Positions 46,079-56,540 of a DNA stretch of 64,000 nt are shown piece after piece. The stretch lies in contig JAAVGM010000018.1 of the NCBI GenBank assembly GCA_014800245.1, forward strand, positions 26,944-90,943, read 5' to 3'. The translations under genes were made by a program, and so were the position numbers. Under the pieces are notes generated by a model. The model was given only the letters and a program-made list of their open reading frames with translations. It was not told the DNA's origin and searched no databases. The DNA is from Bacteroidales bacterium (GTDB taxonomy: Bacteria > Bacteroidota > Bacteroidia > Bacteroidales > Muribaculaceae). Within the stretch, counting starts at the first letter, position 1; the number at the start of each line of letters is the position of its first letter.

Positions 46079-48871
46079 TTAAATCGTATCCAATATTTGC
46101 TGTAGTCCGATTTGATCCACAAGCACAGCACGCGGTTTTCCTCCCTGCGATGCACCCACAATACCCACAGCCTCAAGCTGATCCATTATCTTTCCCGCAC
46201 GGTTATACCCGATTGAGAAGCGACGCTGAAGATAAGAGGTGGAAGCCGTGCCGGAATTGACCACAATCTGAGCGGCCTCCTCAAATAATGGATCGCGCGG
46301 TCCGGAAGGACCTCCTCCAAAGCCATCTGCATCCCCGTCACCCTCTCCCATCATCGGTTCGGGCAGAAGGTAGGGACCTTGTCCATAGGGCTGTTCCTCC
46401 ACATAATCGCAGATAGCCTCGACTTCCGGAGTGTCGATGAACGCACACTGCACTCTGACCATCTCCGAATTATTGAATATCAACATATCGCCTCGTCCGA
46501 TAAGCTGCTGCGCTCCTGTGGTGTCAAGAATTGTCTTTGAATCCACGCCGGAAGATACCTTGAACGACATTCGGGCCGGGAAGTTGGCCTTGATAATACC
46601 CGTAATCACATTTGTTGAAGGTCGCTGGGTGGCAATGATTACATGCATCCCCACCGCACGGGCCTTCTGGGCGAGACGAGCAATCGGCATTTCCACATTC
46701 TTGCCCGAAACCATGATCAAGTCGCCAAACTCATCCACGACAACCACGATATATGGAAGCACCCTGTGTCCTTCGGCAGGATTCAATTTCCCCTCCTTAT
46801 ACTTTGCATTATACTCTTCAATATTGCGCGTATGAGCATTCTTGAGAAGATTATAGCGATTGTCCATCTCAATACATAGAGAGTTAAGGGTTGCCTCCAC
46901 CTTTTGCATATCCGTAATCACCGGCTCCTCATCCACCTCAGAAGGGATAACTGCCATATAATGATCCTTTATCTTATTATATAGCGAGAACTCCACCTGC
47001 TTAGGGTCGATCATAACAAATTTCAACTCATTCGGTCGCTTGCAATAAAGCAGGGATGCTATGATAGCATTCAATCCCACCGACTTACCCTGACCGGTGG
47101 CACCGGCCACAAGAAGGTGAGGCATCTTGGCAAGATCCGAGATATAGACATCATTAGAAATTGTTGAGCCTATTGCCACAGGGAGCACATATTTATTCTC
47201 CTGAAATTTCTTCGACTTAATCACAGTGCGCATCGACACTACCTGCGGGTCTTTATTCGCCACTTCAATTCCGACTGTTCCTTTTCCGGGTATAGGGGCA
47301 ATGATACGCACACCCTTCGCAGAAAGGCTCAGGGCTATGTCATCAACGAGCGATCGAATCTTGGCAATCTTGACACCCTTATCCGGCACAATCTCATAAA
47401 GCGTCACAGTCGGGCCTACAGTTGCCTCTATCCTTGTGATTGGAATTCCGAAATCAAGCAATGTGCTTCGAATCTTTTCCTTGTTTTCAAGTTGTTCCTC
47501 GTTATCCACACTGATTCTCTCCACACCGGGACGCAGAATATCAAAGGGAGGGAAAGTATATGGGAAATTATCCGCCGGACCTTCGCCTACCTTATAGTGA
47601 GGGGCATCCGTAGTGGCAATCTGATTCACATTTACTCGCATCGTGTCGATGGGATCTTCGCTCTCTTCTCCTCCTTCCAGATCTGAATCAGAGTCAGCTT
47701 CCGACGAAACATCTTCCCTTCTATCATCCATCTGAGAAGAATTATCCTGTGCTTCCTCCGTCTGAACGGGGACGCTATGTTCGGAATAAGAATCTTCTTC
47801 CGGAATCTCATCTGATTCTGCAGGCTCATTATATTCATTTCCTGCATACTCCTCATTAGAAGAAATACTGTCTGACATATCTGGGATAGGACGAGAATAG
47901 ATATCTTCCTCTTCCAAAGAATACAGAGGCTGCGACTGCGCAAAAGACACAGCCTCTTCAATCGGCTCCGGACTCGGTTCGGGCTCAAGATTCACTGTCT
48001 CCCCTGCTTTGAGGTCCTCAATTCTCTCTTCCTCTTTGCGGCGTCTAATCTCCTCCAGACGCGCCTCCTCGGCGGCTTTCTGCTCAGCTATGATTCTTCT
48101 CTTCTCATCACGCTTATGCTTCATGCGGATAATCCATCCCACGAGGTCGCGAAGACATATCACGATAAAAAGAGCTATCATGAAGATACACAACAAGGAA
48201 GCCCCTATGCCCCCGAAGAAGTGCATAATAAATTCATTCACATAACGTCCATGATAACCTCCCCAATTCACTGCTGAATGAAGAGCGATAGTGGAAAGAC
48301 CCACGATCAATGAGACCGTGATAAGAGCAACAATACATTTTATAGTGAAATCAACGGATTTAAATTTAGGGCGCTTGGTAAGAAGCTTCAGACTCATCGC
48401 TCCAAGCCAGAAAACAATGACAAATGATCCTAATCCGAAAGTTTCGTTGATAAGAAATTCAGAAAGACGTGCCCCACCCTCCCCTGCTGTGTTGGCAACA
48501 TCAGGGGCTGCTCCTACTGCGTAGGTGTTCACCACTGATTGATCATGAACGCAGGTGACAAAGTATGAAAAAAACGCCACACCAAGATAGATGCAGAAAC
48601 ATCCCAGAAAAATTCCGGCAAGAAGACGGGCAGATGTTCCTGTGAAAAATCCTACCACTTTCTCTTTGAATGATATGCCGTCATTCTCATTTTTTTTCTC
48701 AGCCGGTTTGGCAACCCTTTCCTGCTTTTTGGGTCTCTTTTTTTTCTTTTTTCCCCCCTGTTTCTTTTGAGTCGATGTGTTTTTCTCTTCCTCTTTCTCC
48801 TCAAGGGTAGAAGAAAGTGGCAATTCCTCTGAATATGTTATTTCCGGGCGATAGCTATCGTAGTCACTCAT
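46079..48871 (-). CDS. ftsK: DNA translocase FtsK
   Basis: N-terminal TM domain, acidic linker, PHLLVAGATGQGKS, VVDEFGDL, ATQRPS, gamma domain LQRRFSIGYNRA. Confidence 0.97.
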   Translation of the reverse strand: MSDYDSYRPEITYSEELPLSSTLEEKEEEKNTSTQKKQGGKKKKKRPKKQERVAKPAEKKNENDGISFKEKVVGFFTGTSARLLAGIFLGCFCIYLGVAFFSYFVTCVHDQSVVNTYAVGAAPDVANTAGEGGARLSEFLINETFGLGSFVIVFWLGAMSLKLLTKRPKFKSVDFTIKCIVALITVSLIVGLSTIALHSAVNWGGYHGRYVNEFIMHFFGGIGASLLCIFMIALFIVICLRDLVGWIIRMKHKRDEKRRIIAEQKAAEEARLEEIRRRKEEERIEDLKAGETVNLEPEPSPEPIEEAVSFAQSQPLYSLEEEDIYSRPIPDMSDSISSNEEYAGNEYNEPAESDEIPEEDSYSEHSVPVQTEEAQDNSSQMDDRREDVSSEADSDSDLEGGEESEDPIDTMRVNVNQIATTDAPHYKVGEGPADNFPYTFPPFDILRPGVERISVDNEEQLENKEKIRSTLLDFGIPITRIEATVGPTVTLYEIVPDKGVKIAKIRSLVDDIALSLSAKGVRIIAPIPGKGTVGIEVANKDPQVVSMRTVIKSKKFQENKYVLPVAIGSTISNDVYISDLAKMPHLLVAGATGQGKSVGLNAIIASLLYCKRPNELKFVMIDPKQVEFSLYNKIKDHYMAVIPSEVDEEPVITDMQKVEATLNSLCIEMDNRYNLLKNAHTRNIEEYNAKYKEGKLNPAEGHRVLPYIVVVVDEFGDLIMVSGKNVEMPIARLAQKARAVGMHVIIATQRPSTNVITGIIKANFPARMSFKVSSGVDSKTILDTTGAQQLIGRGDMLIFNNSEMVRVQCAFIDTPEVEAICDYVEEQPYGQGPYLLPEPMMGEGDGDADGFGGGPSGPRDPLFEEAAQIVVNSGTASTSYLQRRFSIGYNRAGKIMDQLEAVGIVGASQGGKPRAVLVDQIGLQQILDTI

Positions 48872-48890
48872 TGTTATATGTATATTTACT

Positions 48891-48925
48891 TTGTGGAGTA
48901 ATCCTTCTTGTTGGAGTAATCTTCT
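48891..48925. repeat. ~18-bp tandem direct repeat upstream of ftsK
   Basis: TGGAGTAATC at 48894-48903 and 48912-48921, each followed by (C)TTCT. Confidence 0.75.
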
Positions 48926-48932
48926 GAATAAT

Positions 48933-49910
48933 TTAATTTAAATCCTTTACAACATGGCTCAAACTATCCGCGGGCTCTTCTGCCATTGGATGCACTTCAA
49001 CCTCATCTGTTGATTCACTTTCTTTCACCACCTCCGGCTCTTTTTTATTCTCAAGAGTGTCGGCGGGGGAAGGTTCGGTCTTTTGTGGTTCGGCCACTTT
49101 AGGCTCAACAGCACCTTTTGTAGATGGAATCCAGGGGATATCATAACCCTCCTCCAAATTGACCTTCATATCCCTCTTGCCGGGGACAACTATAATCGGC
49201 ATCCCGACAGAGACATGCTTCACCAATTCAAGGATATGTTCGTTAGTCACTCTAATGCACCCATGACTTGTGCGGTGTCCTATCGACCAAGGAGCCACAG
49301 TGCCGTGAATGCCTATCTGAGAAGTGTTAGGGCAACGCAGTCTTATGAAGCGCGGTCCGAACTGCCCCTTCTTTGGCGACGTTTTGCCGTCATCATCAGT
49401 GAAGAGCCAATCGGTGCTGTCGTAGATTCCTTGTGCGGTGAAAAAACCCTCGGGAGTTCTCGAATCAGCCTTCTTATGCTTTGTTCCATAATTCTTGGCG
49501 CAAGCCATTCCATAACTCAACTTCTCTCTCCCATATTTATCAAACAGCACAACCTTCATCCTGCTTTTATCGACAATGATAAAGCCGTCGTGCTTATTAT
49601 TCAATAATTTTTCGGCATATTCAAGGGAATAATCAGCGATTAATGGGATTATCCCTTCCGAATAAGCAGAGCTATGAGAATTATTTCTAACGTATTCTTT
49701 TAAGTCGTCAACTGATGAAAATTTCACCATCGGCTCCTCTTTTTCCAAGGAATCAGCTTTTGCCTTCAGGCTGTCAGGCGATATAAGGGTGTTATCATCT
49801 ATCAAGATGGAATCCCCTTCATATAGTAGGGAATCATCCTGCTGTGTCTTATGCCCTCCGCAAGAGGTCAGAAGCATGATAAGGCCTAAAGCCAAATAAC
49901 CTTTTCTCAT
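48933..49910 (-). CDS. L,D-transpeptidase (YkuD family) lipoprotein
   Basis: Lipobox LTSC; RTPEG, IGIHGT...SHGCIR. Confidence 0.9.
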   Translation of the reverse strand: MRKGYLALGLIMLLTSCGGHKTQQDDSLLYEGDSILIDDNTLISPDSLKAKADSLEKEEPMVKFSSVDDLKEYVRNNSHSSAYSEGIIPLIADYSLEYAEKLLNNKHDGFIIVDKSRMKVVLFDKYGREKLSYGMACAKNYGTKHKKADSRTPEGFFTAQGIYDSTDWLFTDDDGKTSPKKGQFGPRFIRLRCPNTSQIGIHGTVAPWSIGHRTSHGCIRVTNEHILELVKHVSVGMPIIVVPGKRDMKVNLEEGYDIPWIPSTKGAVEPKVAEPQKTEPSPADTLENKKEPEVVKESESTDEVEVHPMAEEPADSLSHVVKDLN

Positions 49911-49940
49911 CTAATAGTTGCTGTGATTATTTTTGAAATG

Positions 49941-50053
49941 CAAATTTAACGATTTATTTTCGTTCCCATATATTTTTTTGAATATTTTTAGACCTCAATT
50001 TCGAAATTTGTTAACTCAAGAGAGGTATAATTCAAGAAAATTTGTTAATTTCG
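49941..50053. promoter_or_regulatory. Divergent -7 promoter elements (ldt-ftsK operon and small ORF-dxs-trkAH operon)
   Basis: TAAATTTG on the minus strand (49948-49941); variant TAATTTCG on the plus strand (50046-50053). Confidence 0.55.
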
Positions 50054-50061
50054 CATATTAC

Positions 50062-50271
50062 ATGAATACTTCTAAAACAATACGTTTGTTCGGAATCGGC
50101 ATCTTAGCTCTCGTATGGCTATGGCTGGCATGGGGATTCCTTTCTGCCAAGGGGATCACCCTGCTCAACCTTATCATATTGGCTATGACCGGAATAATAA
50201 TATTCCTCCCTTTATATAAAAAATATATATCAGGAGGGTCCGATGATTCTAAAAAAGATAATAAACGATGA
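50062..50271 (+). CDS. Small two-TM membrane protein (69 aa)
   Basis: ATG at 50062; two hydrophobic segments and a charged tail; stop overlaps the dxs start (ATGA). Confidence 0.7.
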   Translation: MNTSKTIRLFGIGILALVWLWLAWGFLSAKGITLLNLIILAMTGIIIFLPLYKKYISGGSDDSKKDNKR

Positions 50272-52214
50272 TTGAACAGCCAAAAAGAGATTCATTTGAA
50301 CCTTCAGAATCTGATACGTCTAAGCCCGGAGATCTACTATCCTCTATCAACTGCCCGGAAGATCTCCGCAAAATTCCTTTGGACCGACTCCCGGAGCTAT
50401 GTGAAGAGATACGTGAATTTCTAATAAAGAACCTCTCTCAAAATCCGGGTCATTTCGGATCGAGCATGGGTGCTGTCGATATTATCGTGGCGCTTCATTA
50501 TGTTTTCAACACTCCTCGCGACCGCATAGTATGGGACGTGGGGCACCAAGCTTACGCCCATAAACTTCTTACCGGAAGAAGAGACGCATTCAAATCTCTT
50601 AGAAAATATGAGGGCCTCAGCGGTTTTCCTAATCCTTTGGAAAGCAAGTATGACACATTTATTTCGGGTCATGCAGGAAATTCCATATCTGCTGCCTTGG
50701 GTATGGCTATTGCCGACAGCAAGACCCCAGGAGAAGAGGATAGAAAGACTGTGGCTCTTATCGGCGATGCATCAATCGGCAACGGACTCGCGTTCGAAGG
50801 ACTTAATAACGCATCCAATAATCCTAACAACCTCCTTATCATTCTTAACGACAATGATATGTCGATCGATGATAATGTGGGCGCGCTTCATCGTTATCTT
50901 TCAGACCTAACCACCTCTTCCGGCTACAACCGAATGAGGATGAAGGTGTATAATAAGTTCCGCAAGAGAGGTTGGATCGGAGATAAGGGGAAGGGATTGG
51001 TGCTCCGTTTTAATAACTCCATCAAGGCTCTCATCTCAAAGCAGCAAAATATTTTTGAAGGATTGAATATCCGTTATTTCGGACCTTTTGATGGCAATGA
51101 TGTCAAGAAAGTGGTGAAGGTCCTCACGGAAATAAAGGATATGAAGGGTCCGCGCATCCTTCATCTTTCCACAAAAAAAGGGAAAGGATTCATCACTGCC
51201 GAGGAGAATCCTCAGGCCTGGCATGCCCCCGGGAAATTCAACCCTTCCACAGGCGAAAAGATTTCTCAGAAAGGGAATATCGCATGGCAAGATGTATTCG
51301 GAAAAACTCTTGTGGAAATAGCAAAAGAAAACGACAAGGTGTGTGGAATCACGGCTGCTATGCACTCGGGAACATCAATGTCGGCGATGCTTGAGAGTTT
51401 CCCCTCTCAAACTTTCGATGTCGGCATCTCAGAAGGTCATGCCGTGACATTTGCCGGCGGACTTGCCGCTGCCGGGAAAAAACCTTTTGTGGCGATATAT
51501 TCCTCATTCCTCCAAAGGGCCTATGATAATATTATCCATGATGTGGCCATTCAAGGGCTTCCAGTGGTGTTCTGCATCGATCGCGCCGGGATAGTTGGCG
51601 AAGACGGTGTGACACATCACGGCCTTTTTGATATCTCCTATCTTAGAAACATACCGGGGATGACTGTAGCCTCCCCCATGGATGCGCCCACACTGCGTAA
51701 TCTTATGAAAACTGCCGAACTCACCTCCTCTCCATTTGCAATAAGATATCCGAGAGGCAAATCCGAAGCTACTTCTCTTGAATCCGAATTAAAGTCAATT
51801 CCGATAGGAGAAGGGAGAAAAGTTTTCACATCCAAAGCTTCCTCACCAAAGAAAGCGGCAATTCTATCTGTCGGCCCTATAGGTCAGGATGCCATAAAGG
51901 TCGCCTCGCGTCTGGAGGAGGAAAATCTGCAGTGTGATGTCTATGATATGATATGGGTGAAGCCCCTCGATACTAAACTGTTAGATAAAATTGCCACCGA
52001 ATATGATTGTCTATTCTCTGTAGAGGATGGCGTTGTGAGCGGTGGATTCGGCTCGGCGGTTCTGGAATACCTCTCTTCCAACAGAATATCCACTCCCCTC
52101 ACTCGTCTTGGCGTGCCGGATGAATGGGTGGCTCATGGAAGTGTGGAAAGGCTTAAATCCGACTGTGGATTCGATGCAGATGGTATTTATAAGAGTGTGA
52201 AGGAAAGCCTATGA
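50268..52214 (+). CDS. dxs: 1-deoxy-D-xylulose-5-phosphate synthase
   Basis: WDVGHQAYAHK, GDA..(N)..LNDNDMSI TPP motif, YSSFLQRAYD, DRAG.VGEDG.TH. Confidence 0.97.
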   Translation: MIEQPKRDSFEPSESDTSKPGDLLSSINCPEDLRKIPLDRLPELCEEIREFLIKNLSQNPGHFGSSMGAVDIIVALHYVFNTPRDRIVWDVGHQAYAHKLLTGRRDAFKSLRKYEGLSGFPNPLESKYDTFISGHAGNSISAALGMAIADSKTPGEEDRKTVALIGDASIGNGLAFEGLNNASNNPNNLLIILNDNDMSIDDNVGALHRYLSDLTTSSGYNRMRMKVYNKFRKRGWIGDKGKGLVLRFNNSIKALISKQQNIFEGLNIRYFGPFDGNDVKKVVKVLTEIKDMKGPRILHLSTKKGKGFITAEENPQAWHAPGKFNPSTGEKISQKGNIAWQDVFGKTLVEIAKENDKVCGITAAMHSGTSMSAMLESFPSQTFDVGISEGHAVTFAGGLAAAGKKPFVAIYSSFLQRAYDNIIHDVAIQGLPVVFCIDRAGIVGEDGVTHHGLFDISYLRNIPGMTVASPMDAPTLRNLMKTAELTSSPFAIRYPRGKSEATSLESELKSIPIGEGRKVFTSKASSPKKAAILSVGPIGQDAIKVASRLEEENLQCDVYDMIWVKPLDTKLLDKIATEYDCLFSVEDGVVSGGFGSAVLEYLSSNRISTPLTRLGVPDEWVAHGSVERLKSDCGFDADGIYKSVKESL

Positions 52215-53545
52215 AGATAATTATTGCCGGAGCGGGAGAAGTTGGAACGCACTTAGCCAAGATGCTTTCCAACGAAGACCAGGATATTGTCCTTATCGAC
52301 AGCAACCAGGAGCGTCTTGACGTGATAGATTCCAATTATAATCTTATGACATGGAATGGTTCCACCTCCTCGTTTGCAAGCATGCGCGATGTGGGTGTTG
52401 CCACAGCCGATCTCTTTATTGCTGTCACTCCATATGAAACGCGCAATATCACAAGTTGCGCAATAGCCCGACGTCTCGGAGCAAAGAAGACCGTGGCAAG
52501 AATCGACAATAGCGAGTTTCTTATCAAAGAGAACGGCTCGGTGCTTAAAGAGCTCGGCGTGGATTTCCTCATTTATCCGGAAAATCTCGCTGCAGAAGAG
52601 ATAAGCATCTCCCTTAAGCATAATTGGGCCAGATATTGGGGCGACCTCCATAATGGTCGTCTTATCCTTATAGGAGTGAAGCTCCATGATGATTCGCCGC
52701 TCATTAATTGCAAGCTGAAGGATCTTCCTGTGCAGCACCATGATTTCCATATATCTGCAATCAAGCGCAATAATGAGACGATCATCCCTCATGGCAACGA
52801 CGAAATACAGCGCGACGATATCGTATATTTTATCACTACCCCTCCTTTCATTGATACAGTGCGCGAATTGTGCGGCAAAAAGAAGCGGGTGGTGAAGAAA
52901 GCTCTTGTAATGGGAGGAACGCCTATTGCACGCCGTTTTGCAACGCTTTATCACGACCAATATCATATCAAGATAATCGACGACGACCGTGAGAATTGCG
53001 AGCGGATGTCAACAATGCTCCCGGAGTGCGAAATAGTGTTTGGCGATGCCCGCGACATTGAGGTGCTTCGCGAGAACAACATCTATCAATATGATGCTTT
53101 CCTCGCTCTTACCGATTCGTCTGAAACAAATATCCTCACCTGTCTCACAGCTAAGGAATTCGGAGTGGCTAAAACAATTGCCGATGTTGAGAATCTTCAG
53201 TTTCTATCCCAGGCTGAAAATCTTAATATCGGACGCACAATCAATAAGAAACTTCTCGCATCAAGCCATATATTCAAGATTCTGCTTGACGCCGATGAGA
53301 GCAATTCAAAATTTCTTGCTTTGGCAGATGCGGAAGTAGCGGAAATCTACGTGAAACACCATGCCAAGATCACCAAAGCGCCTGTAAAAGATCTTCGTCT
53401 TCCCCAAGGGATGACATTAGCCGCTCTGATTCGCAACGATGAAATTAAACTCGTGAGCGGCGACACGCAGATTTTTGAAGGTGATTATGTAGTGGTGTTC
53501 TGCCTCTCGGGCACAATCCAGAAGATTGAGAAATGGTTTAATTGA
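52211..53545 (+). CDS. trkA: Trk potassium uptake regulatory subunit TrkA
   Basis: MKIIIAGAGEVG, tandem RCK domains. Confidence 0.95.
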   Translation: MKIIIAGAGEVGTHLAKMLSNEDQDIVLIDSNQERLDVIDSNYNLMTWNGSTSSFASMRDVGVATADLFIAVTPYETRNITSCAIARRLGAKKTVARIDNSEFLIKENGSVLKELGVDFLIYPENLAAEEISISLKHNWARYWGDLHNGRLILIGVKLHDDSPLINCKLKDLPVQHHDFHISAIKRNNETIIPHGNDEIQRDDIVYFITTPPFIDTVRELCGKKKRVVKKALVMGGTPIARRFATLYHDQYHIKIIDDDRENCERMSTMLPECEIVFGDARDIEVLRENNIYQYDAFLALTDSSETNILTCLTAKEFGVAKTIADVENLQFLSQAENLNIGRTINKKLLASSHIFKILLDADESNSKFLALADAEVAEIYVKHHAKITKAPVKDLRLPQGMTLAALIRNDEIKLVSGDTQIFEGDYVVVFCLSGTIQKIEKWFN

Positions 53546-53549
53546 TATT

Positions 53550-55028
53550 ATGATGAAATATCTCCGACATAGAGCCTTTGTCAATATCAGGATGCTCCTT
53601 AGAGTATTCGGTCTGCTGCTGCTGATTGAATCGGCCTTTATGGTCATACCATTAGTCACCGCACTAATATATCAGGAGCCGAGCTCACTGAAATTTCTTA
53701 TATCCATGGGAATCACTGCAGGAGCAGGTTCTTTTATGGTGGGGCTCAAGCCTAAGTATCGAGACATGGGGAAACGGGATGCCATTCTCCTCACGGCGAT
53801 GATATGGGTGATTCTCTCTCTCTTCGGCATGCTTCCGTTCCTCTTTTGCGGCACCCACCTCTCAGTCACCGACGCTTTCTTCGAGACAATGAGCGGATTC
53901 ACCACTACCGGTGCTTCAGTGCTCGATTCTCTTAAGGATGTGCCTCACTCCATTCTCATCTGGAGATGTGTGATCCAATGGATCGGAGGTCTTGGGATAA
54001 TTCTCTTCACTTTGGCCGTTATCCCAATGCTGAATTATCAGGGTGGAATGCAGCTCTTTAACGCAGAGGTGACGGGCATAACCCACGATAAACTGCGCCC
54101 TCGTGTCAGCTACACCGCCAAGGGTCTGTGGGGTGTATATATTATCCTTACCATTCTATTGATTGTGCTTCTCTCTTTTTCAAAAATGGATTTTTTTGAA
54201 GCACTATGCTATGGACTCTCCACTATGTCCACTGGAGGCTTCTCAACAAACGACATGAGCCTTCACCTCTACGACAGCAATTATATAAAAGTGGTGATGT
54301 CTATATTCATGTTTATCGGAGGCGTGAATTTTGCTCTAATATATAACCTTGCTCTTAAACGTTCTGTCAATCTTTGGAAGAACGACGCTTTCCGATGGTA
54401 TGTATATATCATCCTTATCAGCTATGCCCTATTCTGTATCAACGTTACAATAGAGGGGCTTGTGCTTGAGCCGGCCGACCTTACTATCGATCCGCTCTTC
54501 CAGGCCATCTCCATACTTTCATCCACCGGAGTGACAGAACCGGATTTCGCCGATTGGGGTGCACTATCCACCCTTGTGCTTATAGTGATGATGTTCATGG
54601 GGGCATGCGCCGGAAGCACTTCGGGCGGTGCGAAGATTGATAGATTCGTCATCCTTTTTCGATTCCTCAAGAATGAGTTTTACAAGATGATGCATCCAAG
54701 CACAGTCACCACTGTGATCATCAATCAAAAGGGAACCACCCCTGCAATTGTGAACAAAACCTTAGCTTTTCTTTTTATATATGCAATAGTGATTATTGTC
54801 GGGGGGATGGTGTTGTGTCTCCTCGGAATGCCTCTGCGCGATGGTTTCTTCTGCGCGCTGTCGGCCGTTTCCAATACCGGATTGGGAACTGACACAACCG
54901 GAATCTCCGGCAATTTCTCATTAATCTCCGACACTGCAAAATGGATCCTTTCTTTCATTATGCTTGTCGGTCGCCTTGAATTATTCACCATTCTTCTTAT
55001 TTTTACTCCTAATTTCTGGAAAAAATAA
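53550..55028 (+). CDS. trkH: Trk potassium uptake membrane subunit TrkH
   Basis: FFETMSGFTTTG, STGGF, GSTSGG.K, ML.GRLE; ATG at 53550 preferred. Confidence 0.95.
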   Translation: MMKYLRHRAFVNIRMLLRVFGLLLLIESAFMVIPLVTALIYQEPSSLKFLISMGITAGAGSFMVGLKPKYRDMGKRDAILLTAMIWVILSLFGMLPFLFCGTHLSVTDAFFETMSGFTTTGASVLDSLKDVPHSILIWRCVIQWIGGLGIILFTLAVIPMLNYQGGMQLFNAEVTGITHDKLRPRVSYTAKGLWGVYIILTILLIVLLSFSKMDFFEALCYGLSTMSTGGFSTNDMSLHLYDSNYIKVVMSIFMFIGGVNFALIYNLALKRSVNLWKNDAFRWYVYIILISYALFCINVTIEGLVLEPADLTIDPLFQAISILSSTGVTEPDFADWGALSTLVLIVMMFMGACAGSTSGGAKIDRFVILFRFLKNEFYKMMHPSTVTTVIINQKGTTPAIVNKTLAFLFIYAIVIIVGGMVLCLLGMPLRDGFFCALSAVSNTGLGTDTTGISGNFSLISDTAKWILSFIMLVGRLELFTILLIFTPNFWKK

Positions 55029-55057
55029 ATCATATCCTTAAAAGAGATTGCAATTTG

Positions 55058-55089
55058 TTTGATAAATTAAAAATTTTTCTTTAATTTTG
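55058..55089 (+). promoter_or_regulatory. Housekeeping promoter of the malic enzyme gene
   Basis: TTTG-N20-TAATTTTG. Confidence 0.75.
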
Positions 55090-55212
55090 CAACTCTTTCA
55101 CATTCCGGTCAGCAATTTCTTATCCGGATATGATTTTAGCCGAGTGTCGGTATCGACACGATGGACTACAGGAATTAAGGTAAAAATATAGTCGATAGAA
55201 AAATTAGTAATT

Positions 55213-56493
55213 ATGACTAACAATCTTCAGGAGGATGCGTTGCTCTACCATGAGAACGGGCGTCCGGGAAAAATTGAGGTCGTCCCGACCAAACCCTACG
55301 CAACACAGAAAGACCTTTCACTCGCTTATTCGCCGGGTGTAGCTTATCCTTGCCTCGCCATAAAGGATAATATGGCGGATGCTTACAAATACACCAACAA
55401 GGGAAATCTTGTGGCTGTGATCTCCAACGGCACTGCTGTGCTCGGACTCGGAAACATCGGCGCTCTTGCCGGAAAACCGGTGATGGAGGGAAAAGCCCTT
55501 CTTTTCAAAATATTTGCCGGAATCGACTCTTTCGATATCGAAGTCAATGAGGAGGATCCCGATAAGATGGTGGAGATTGTGAAAGCAATCGCCCCAACTT
55601 TCGGTGGTATCAATCTTGAAGATATCAAGGCTCCGGAATGCTTTAAGATTGAGGATCGCCTCAAAGCTGAATGTGATATCCCAATCATGCACGACGACCA
55701 GCATGGCACGGCTATCATCTCCGGCGCAGCTCTCATCAATGCCCTTGAGGTGCAGGGGAAAAAGATTGATGAGATTCAGCTCGTGGTGAATGGAGCAGGA
55801 GCTGCCGCGTTCCGTTGCACTTCCCTTTACGTTGCCCTCGGGGTTAAGAAAGAAAATATCGTGATGTGCGATTCAAAGGGCGTAATCCGAAAAGACCGAG
55901 ACAACCTCACACCTCAAAAGGCGGAATTTGCCACCTCACGCGATCTTCACACCCTTGAAGAAGCTATCAAAGGTGCGGATGTATTCTTAGGTCTCAGCGT
56001 GGCAAATGTCCTCACGCCTGAGATGGTGCTCTCAATGGCTCCGAAACCCGTGATTTTCGCTCTCGCCAATCCTAATCCTGAGATTGATTATAATCTTGCC
56101 AAGCAGACACGCGATGATCTTATCATCTGCACCGGACGCAGCGACTATCCTAATCAGGTGAACAACGTTCTTGGTTTCCCCTATATCTTCCGTGGTGCGC
56201 TCGATTGTCGTGCCACCGACATCAACGAGCCCATGAAGATTGCCGCCGTTTATGCCCTCGCAGATTTGGCCAAGCAGCCTGTGCCGGAAAGTGTGAAGGA
56301 AGCTTACAAGGGAACTGATGAAACCTTCACTTTCGGTCGGGATTACATCCTTCCAAAAGCATTCGATCCCCGTTTGCTCTATAAGATATCGCCTGCTGTG
56401 GCTAAGGCCGCAATGGAGTCGGGCGTGGCTAAAAGTCCTATCAGCGACTGGGTGGAATATGGCGAATTTCTTCGCAACCTCATGCCAAAGTGA
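55213..56493 (+). CDS. maeB: NAD(P)-dependent malic enzyme, MaeB-type catalytic domain only
   Basis: [63 protein letters not shown]. Confidence 0.9.
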   Translation: MTNNLQEDALLYHENGRPGKIEVVPTKPYATQKDLSLAYSPGVAYPCLAIKDNMADAYKYTNKGNLVAVISNGTAVLGLGNIGALAGKPVMEGKALLFKIFAGIDSFDIEVNEEDPDKMVEIVKAIAPTFGGINLEDIKAPECFKIEDRLKAECDIPIMHDDQHGTAIISGAALINALEVQGKKIDEIQLVVNGAGAAAFRCTSLYVALGVKKENIVMCDSKGVIRKDRDNLTPQKAEFATSRDLHTLEEAIKGADVFLGLSVANVLTPEMVLSMAPKPVIFALANPNPEIDYNLAKQTRDDLIICTGRSDYPNQVNNVLGFPYIFRGALDCRATDINEPMKIAAVYALADLAKQPVPESVKEAYKGTDETFTFGRDYILPKAFDPRLLYKISPAVAKAAMESGVAKSPISDWVEYGEFLRNLMPK

Positions 56494-56540
56494 TCTGCTT
56501 TAAGAAATAAATATTTTTTATAAAAATATACTCATAATAT

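Noticed and set aside
52253-52966. 237-aa antisense ORF inside trkA, and other long shadow ORFs (10702-11265, 21248-21772, 34484-34999, 49083-49607, 57157-57654)
   Set aside because: Each lies opposite a well-conserved gene, has no recognisable motifs and is explained by the codon bias of the sense gene.
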